DNA from: Spirochaetia bacterium
GTDB taxonomy: Bacteria; Spirochaetota; Spirochaetia; UBA9216
Reading direction: 5' to 3'
Length of the DNA: 64,000 bases
Assembly (NCBI GenBank): GCA_965140585.1
Contig: OZ223270.1
Span: forward strand, 128,001-192,000
The position numbers were made by a program, and so were the translations under genes. Positions within the stretch are counted from its first letter, which is position 1. The number at the start of each line of letters is the position of its first letter. Under the pieces are notes generated by a model. It had not been told where the DNA came from, did not search any database, and saw only the letters and a list, made by a program, of their open reading frames with translations. Of this stretch, positions 58,416-64,000 are shown in pieces.

Positions 58416-59397
58416 AAAGAAGCGATGCGGCTAAAAGAAAAGCAGCAGTCATTGCACCTAAAACGGCAAACTGCGGAAGGACATCAATAAGGCCGGAACC
58501 GTCAATCATAATTTCCCTGGCCCCGTCAACAAAGTGGGTCAGCGGAAATATTTTTGAAAACTTCTGAAGCAGTTCAGGAGAGCCTTCAAGCGAAAAGAAT
58601 ACACCCGAGAATACCATCATCGGAAAACTGAAAATATTCATCAGCCCGTTGGCCAATTCCTCGCTTTTTATCCTTGCCGCAAATATCAGGCCGAAGGAAA
58701 TCATACAAAGAATGGCAAGGGCGGTTATAAGCAGAAGTAGCAGCCAGGATCCGTTCATTGTAAAATGCAGGAACAGGTTTGTTCCGGTGAATATAACAAC
58801 CGATGAAACAAGAGCAATTACAAAGCGGCTGCCCATCTGGGCTGTAACAAATACAAAGGGGGTTATCGGTGTAGCCTTCATACGCTTAAGCACCCCGTTT
58901 TTACGGTAACGTACAATTACAAAGCCGACTCCGAACATACAGCTGAAAAGCATGTTCATTCCGATAATTCCCGGAACAGCCCAGTCGATGTACCTAACCG
59001 GCTCGCCGGCGGCTTCTCTTTCAGAAAGCCCGGGAAGCATATCAACGGCGAAGTAACGCAAGACCTCGGCGGAGGAGGCTTCCGGGTTCAGGTAGAAAAC
59101 ACCTTCATTAAAATCAACAAGCATATCAAGCTGATGCTGCCTCACCTTCGACACCGCATCTTCCGGGGTGTCGGTTGAGACTATCTTATCCACCGATGAG
59201 AGATCAAAAAAAGCTGAGGCATTTTCAGGCACATCGCCGATAACCGCAGCCTTGAACAGGGCGTCATCGTCGCCTCCGAAGGCAAATGAGAACCCCACTA
59301 TCAGAAGCAGTGGGAAAAGCAGGTTCCAGAAAAGTGTACCCCTGTCCCTCACAAACTCCATCGTTCTGGCATGTACTATCGCATAAAATTTCTTCAT
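58402..59397 (-). CDS. ABC-2 type permease
   Basis: YIDWAVPG, GVLKRMKATP, SGVFF, PLTH. Confidence 0.88.
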   Translation of the reverse strand: MKKFYAIVHARTMEFVRDRGTLFWNLLFPLLLIVGFSFAFGGDDDALFKAAVIGDVPENASAFFDLSSVDKIVSTDTPEDAVSKVRQHQLDMLVDFNEGVFYLNPEASSAEVLRYFAVDMLPGLSEREAAGEPVRYIDWAVPGIIGMNMLFSCMFGVGFVIVRYRKNGVLKRMKATPITPFVFVTAQMGSRFVIALVSSVVIFTGTNLFLHFTMNGSWLLLLLITALAILCMISFGLIFAARIKSEELANGLMNIFSFPMMVFSGVFFSLEGSPELLQKFSKIFPLTHFVDGAREIMIDGSGLIDVLPQFAVLGAMTAAFLLAASLLFRWE

Positions 59398-59413
59398 TCT
59401 TATTTCTCCGCCT

Positions 59414-60289
59414 TCATGCCCGCAGCATAGTTCCCGTAAGTTTCAGGAAAAGATCTTCCAGATTCGGTTTCTGAATGGTCAACCCTTCAAGGTTGATATC
59501 ACAGTTGAGCAGATGACGCATGGTGTGATCGAGATCCGGCGTTTCAATCTTCAGAATACCGTTTTTAATCTCACCGTTTTCAAACTCAAAACAGGCTTCA
59601 TCCTTAATCGGCACCCTGACAATTGCACCGCTGAAATGCCTGTTAAGCAGGGCATGCGGCGTATCAATTTCGAGCAGTTTTCCGTGATCGATAATGCCTA
59701 TCTGGTCACATAGAATTTCAGCCTCATCCATATAATGGGTTGTAAGCAGGATAGTAGTGTTTTCAGCCTTAATTCTCTCTATCAGATCCCAGAAATTTCT
59801 TCTTGCCTGCGGATCAAGCCCGGTGGTCGGCTCATCAAGAAAGAGAATCTCAGGCCGGGGGATTATTGCCAGCCCCAGCAGCAGGCGCTGGCGCTGGCCT
59901 CCAGAAAGCTTACGGTTGTCCCTGTTAACAAACTCGGACAGCGAACAGATATCGATAATCTCATCAAGCTCACGCGGCTGCGGATATAGTGCCCGGAAAA
60001 GTTCGAGAGTTTCCTTTACCGTAATAAACTCAGGCAGGGCTGTGTTCTGAAACTGGATACCGACCTTCTGCTTGAAGTGGAAATCAATATCCCGGTCACG
60101 GAAAAGTATCCGGCCGGCAGTTGGCTTCAGTATCCCCTCCATCATTTCGATAGTGGTAGTTTTTCCTGCGCCGTTAGGCCCTAAAAGCCCGAAGCATACA
60201 CCTTCGGGAATGGAAAAGCTTATGCCTTCTACGGCCCTGACTTTCCCGTAATCCTTTACGAGGTTTTCAATCCTCATTATTTCAGTCAT
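59414..60289 (-). CDS. ABC transporter ATP-binding protein
   Basis: GPNGAGKTT, LSGGQRQR, LDEPTTGLD. Confidence 0.92.
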   Translation of the reverse strand: MTEIMRIENLVKDYGKVRAVEGISFSIPEGVCFGLLGPNGAGKTTTIEMMEGILKPTAGRILFRDRDIDFHFKQKVGIQFQNTALPEFITVKETLELFRALYPQPRELDEIIDICSLSEFVNRDNRKLSGGQRQRLLLGLAIIPRPEILFLDEPTTGLDPQARRNFWDLIERIKAENTTILLTTHYMDEAEILCDQIGIIDHGKLLEIDTPHALLNRHFSGAIVRVPIKDEACFEFENGEIKNGILKIETPDLDHTMRHLLNCDINLEGLTIQKPNLEDLFLKLTGTMLRA

Positions 60290-60359
60290 GTATCTAAAAA
60301 TATTGCTTTACCACCTCTCCGGTCAACGAAAAAAGATGAAATATCTGTTAAAATGAAGC

Positions 60360-62702
60360 ATGACCGAAACCGGCTACCTGCTTACAATGCACAGCCTCGA
60401 TATTAACGGCAGATGCGAGCTGCATTATTACGGAACCGGAGACTCCGGACCCTTTCTTGTGATCGTCAGCCCCCATAAACCGGTTTTCTTCATAAGAGAG
60501 GACTGCCCCGAGCAGGAAACAGCAGGGCTTGAAAGAAAAACACTTGATTTAAGCGATTTCGACGGAATCCGGGTCGACGGACTTTACTTCAACAGCCTTG
60601 ACAACTACTTCCATAACCGCAGAAGGCTGCGCGACAGAAACATACGGGTATACGAATCGGATATCAGGGCGGAAGACCGATTTTTGATGGAACGCTACAT
60701 TAAATGCGGTGTTCAAATAGAGGGAAATGTTCAAAAACAGAACAATCTTAATGTTTTTATAAATCCCGCCCTGAGCCCGTCAGACTACCGTCCGGAACTT
60801 CGGGTTATGTCGCTTGATATCGAAACAGGGACCGACGGCAGTATCTATTCAATCGCGGAGCATACAACATACGGCGCCTCCGAGTATAAATTAGTGCTGA
60901 TGCGCGGGGAACCTGCAAATCCGGTTAATACTGCGAATAGAGAATCCGGTAATAATTCCGGAAGCAACCAGGAGCTTAGATATCTGCCGGATGAGCAGTC
61001 TCTGCTTCTCGGCTTTGAAAGACATCTAAAGGAACGTGATCCCGATATCATAGTCGGATGGCATGTCATAGGCTTCGACCTTGATTTTATCAAAAGGCGG
61101 TCGGAGTTCTTCGGCAGGTCCTTTACTGCAGGCCGCGGATTCAGACACAGGGAGCTTCGGATATTCCAGAAAAGAAGCGGAATGTACTCAGCCGAAACAA
61201 ACGGACGAATAATTATCGACGGTCCGCAGAGCCTGCGGACCGCATTCTACAAATTTGAAAACTACAAGCTTGAAACTGTCGCCGGAGAACTGCTGGGCCG
61301 CGGTAAGGACATCACCCCCGACGAGGACAAGGTTGCAGAAATAGAGCGGCGGTTCCGTGAGGATAAACCCGCCCTGGCCCGCTATAATCTTGAGGACTGC
61401 GTACTTGTTACCGAGATATTTCAGAAGACCGCAATCATCGATCAGCTTGTAACCAGAAGCCTCATCACCGGGCTCCCTGCCGACAAGGTTCACATGTCGG
61501 TAGCATCCTTCGATTTTTTCATGCTGCCGCTGGTGCACCGCAAGGGACTGGTCGCCATAGATACAGCCGATGTAATGGCCGGTCAGCATGCGGCCGGAGG
61601 CTTTGTTTTCACATCTGCGCCGGGGCTCTACCCTCATGTAATCGTTCTTGATTTTAAAAGCCTGTACCCCACCATCATCCGGACTTTCTTCATAGATCCG
61701 GTATCGAGGGTAAGATCGGATCTTAACCCGGTCACAACACCGGAAGGCATACGTTTTTCATCCACCGAGAACGTGCTTCCCGATTTTCTTGAAGGACTGA
61801 TGGATAAACGGGCTGATGCAAAACGGAACAACGATCCATACCTGTCCCAGGCAGTCAAGATTCTGATGAACAGCTTCTACGGTGTGATGGGAACCACCGG
61901 CTGCCGCTTCTACCACCCCGACCTGCCTACGGCAATAACCGGAACAGGACAGTGGATATTGAAGACCTGCAGGGCATATCTCACAGACCTCGGATATGAG
62001 GTAATCTACGGCGATACCGACTCTCTTTTTGTCTGCATGAAACCGGAGGAGCAGAACAGGGTTGATGCAGCCGGAGCAGAGCTTGCAGAGCAGGTGAACA
62101 ATCATTTTATCGATCTGATGAAAAGTGATTTCGGAGTTGAGTCGAAGCTGGAAATTGAATTTGAAAAGCACTACACCAAGTTTTTCCTGCCGCCGATGCG
62201 TTATACCAGCGAAGGGGCCCGCAAACGCTATGCCGGAATGCTTGAAGACGGAACGATAGATTTCAAAGGGCTTGAAACCGTCCGCTCCGACTGGACCGAC
62301 CTTGCCAAGAAGTTTCAGCAGGATCTGTTTTTCAGATTCTTTAACGATATAGAACTTGCCGGATGGATAAAGGGCTTTGTGGAGGATCTGAAAACCGGAA
62401 GCTTCGATGATCTGCTCATCTACAAACGTCAGCTCAACCGGAAAACATCTGAATATGTAAAATCCACACCGCCTCACGTTAAAGCCGCACTTAAACTTGA
62501 TCCCGACGGTTCAAAAAATCTCAGAAACGTCAGCTACATAATGACAGCCGAGGGGCCAACGCCTGTGGAAATATACAGCGGCGGAGCCGACTACAGCCAT
62601 TACATAGAAAAACAAATCCGCCCCATTGCCGACGGAGTACTCTTTGCCGCAGGCAGGGACTTTGATTCAATCATCGAAGGACAGCAGCTGGACCTGTTTT
62701 AA
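60360..62702 (+). CDS. polB: DNA polymerase II (family B)
   Basis: LDIET, DFKSLYP, KILMNSFYG, YGDTDS, KRYAG; C-terminal clamp motif QLDLF. Confidence 0.95.
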   Translation: MTETGYLLTMHSLDINGRCELHYYGTGDSGPFLVIVSPHKPVFFIREDCPEQETAGLERKTLDLSDFDGIRVDGLYFNSLDNYFHNRRRLRDRNIRVYESDIRAEDRFLMERYIKCGVQIEGNVQKQNNLNVFINPALSPSDYRPELRVMSLDIETGTDGSIYSIAEHTTYGASEYKLVLMRGEPANPVNTANRESGNNSGSNQELRYLPDEQSLLLGFERHLKERDPDIIVGWHVIGFDLDFIKRRSEFFGRSFTAGRGFRHRELRIFQKRSGMYSAETNGRIIIDGPQSLRTAFYKFENYKLETVAGELLGRGKDITPDEDKVAEIERRFREDKPALARYNLEDCVLVTEIFQKTAIIDQLVTRSLITGLPADKVHMSVASFDFFMLPLVHRKGLVAIDTADVMAGQHAAGGFVFTSAPGLYPHVIVLDFKSLYPTIIRTFFIDPVSRVRSDLNPVTTPEGIRFSSTENVLPDFLEGLMDKRADAKRNNDPYLSQAVKILMNSFYGVMGTTGCRFYHPDLPTAITGTGQWILKTCRAYLTDLGYEVIYGDTDSLFVCMKPEEQNRVDAAGAELAEQVNNHFIDLMKSDFGVESKLEIEFEKHYTKFFLPPMRYTSEGARKRYAGMLEDGTIDFKGLETVRSDWTDLAKKFQQDLFFRFFNDIELAGWIKGFVEDLKTGSFDDLLIYKRQLNRKTSEYVKSTPPHVKAALKLDPDGSKNLRNVSYIMTAEGPTPVEIYSGGADYSHYIEKQIRPIADGVLFAAGRDFDSIIEGQQLDLF

Positions 62703-62718
62703 GCAACAGCCAGCCGGT

Positions 62719-63384
62719 TTAAAGGCTGCTGTTTTTCTTTCCGTATTTGTTTTTGGCAAAATCCTGCATGATATCAATCTCTTCATTGCTGAACTTCCGT
62801 ACATCACCGCCGAGCAGTTTTGCAAACAGATAGATCTGGGCATTTTTCTCAAGCACCAGGCTGACTTTCAGCGCCGTTTTCATATCACGTCCCGTCACAA
62901 GGGCTCCATGTCCGGGCAGCAGTACCGCATTGTTCCGGCCCAGAGCCCTTACCGCAGCATCACCCAGTTCAGCGGTGCCCGGTAGTTCATATGGAAGCGC
63001 AACCTGTATCTCGGCACCTGCAATCTGGACGAAGTCCTCGCTCACTGCAGGCAGCGGCTTTTCTGCCGCACCGAACGCACTGGAATACACCGGATGTGTA
63101 TGTATAACAGCGTTTACATCCGGTCTGACCTTCAAAACAGCCGCATGCATGTGCTTCTCCACAGAAGGTTCCGCCTTCCCTTCAACAAGATTAAGATCTG
63201 TATCCATAACTACAACCAGATCAGGAGTAATCACCGAATAATCCACCCCGCTTGGGCTAATATACATCAAGCCAGTCTCCGGATCACGGCAGCTGATATT
63301 GCCCCATGTGCCGACTGTTATACCCTTCTCAAGCATTTCTATGCCGGTATCGACTATCAATTGTTTATATTCATTATTTACCAT
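62719..63384 (-). CDS. Class II aldolase/adducin family protein (L-fuculose-phosphate aldolase-like)
   Basis: GNIS, PSG, PSVEKHMH, IHTHP, HG. Confidence 0.88.
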   Translation of the reverse strand: MVNNEYKQLIVDTGIEMLEKGITVGTWGNISCRDPETGLMYISPSGVDYSVITPDLVVVMDTDLNLVEGKAEPSVEKHMHAAVLKVRPDVNAVIHTHPVYSSAFGAAEKPLPAVSEDFVQIAGAEIQVALPYELPGTAELGDAAVRALGRNNAVLLPGHGALVTGRDMKTALKVSLVLEKNAQIYLFAKLLGGDVRKFSNEEIDIMQDFAKNKYGKKNSSL

Positions 63385-63470
63385 ATGCCCGGTATTTTAG
63401 CATAAAGAGAATAAGGCTTCCATTTTTAAATTCTGTAGCCGGCAGTATATAAATGAGTTAAATTATAAAT

Positions 63471-64000
63471 ATGAAAATCAGTGTAATAATTCCCGCAAAG
63501 AATGAAGAAAAGTTTCTTCCCGTACTTCTTGAGAGTATAAAGAATCAGGATTTTGATGATTATGAAGTAATCGTCGCTGACGCCTTTTCTACCGACAGAA
63601 CAAGGGAAATCGCTGCTGAATACGGAGCCAGGGTTGTCGACGGCGGAATGCCGGGGCCGGGACGAAATGCAGGAGCAAGGGCTGCCGGGGGTGAATTCCT
63701 TATATTCCTTGATGCCGATGTAGTTATCCCCGAACATTTCCTGAAGAACCTGTATAACGAAATGCAGGAAAGATATATCGATGTCGCAACCTGCGCAATA
63801 AGACCGATGTCCGACATTCAGCTTGACCGGGTAATCCATAATGTCATCAACCTTACAGTAATGGCAAACCTCAGAATAAACCCGATGGCATTCGGTTTCT
63901 GCATATTTATAACAAAAAGACTTTTTGACAGAATCGGAGGTTTCGATGAAACCATCAAGGTTGCCGAAGACAACGATCTTGTAAAACGCGCATCAGACTA
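63471..64000 (+). CDS. Glycosyltransferase family 2, truncated by window edge
   Basis: Not in ORF track; MKISVIIPAKNEE...VADAFSTD...GRNAGA...FLDAD. Confidence 0.9.
   Translation, partial: MKISVIIPAKNEEKFLPVLLESIKNQDFDDYEVIVADAFSTDRTREIAAEYGARVVDGGMPGPGRNAGARAAGGEFLIFLDADVVIPEHFLKNLYNEMQERYIDVATCAIRPMSDIQLDRVIHNVINLTVMANLRINPMAFGFCIFITKRLFDRIGGFDETIKVAEDNDLVKRASD

Noticed and set aside
61758-62477. 239-aa antisense ORF (and many shorter antisense ORFs across the window)
   Set aside because: Shadows of well-supported genes on the opposite strand
1-64000. CRISPR arrays, tRNA/rRNA genes, prophage
   Set aside because: No repeat-spacer array, cloverleaf/rRNA signature or phage genes were seen by eye

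Overview
The window has two compositionally distinct parts, probably from a free-living spirochaete (inference from gene content; no taxonomic marker gene is present). Bases ~1-30,600 are a visibly AT-rich Wzx/Wzy-type exopolysaccharide/capsule island. It holds many GT2/GT4 enzymes, PssD/E, a flippase, a polymerase-like protein, Wzz- and Wza-like export proteins and six separate acylation systems, including an NRPS-like adenylation-carrier-AT3 fusion and an FkbH protein. The long operon is headed by three consecutive predicted c-di-GMP receptors: a VpsT-like LuxR, a PilZ protein and a priming sugar transferase fused to a degenerate GGDEF domain. IS1182 and IS481 relics lie in or at the edge of the island. 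Bases ~30,800-64,000 are more GC-rich core genome: gnd-pgl-zwf, an MFS transporter, a small RiPP-precursor-like peptide with an ABC exporter, pyrG, higBA, pstCAB-phoU-phoBR, cysQ, an HD-GYP protein, sbcC, frameshifted sbcD, two ABC systems, polB and a class II aldolase. The most striking unexplained signal is three dispersed ~125-150 bp intergenic elements. They share a three-hairpin architecture with different stem sequences around a conserved ACCTT-R(R)-ATGTAAA-N-GAA core. Many first-in-operon genes appear to be leaderless.
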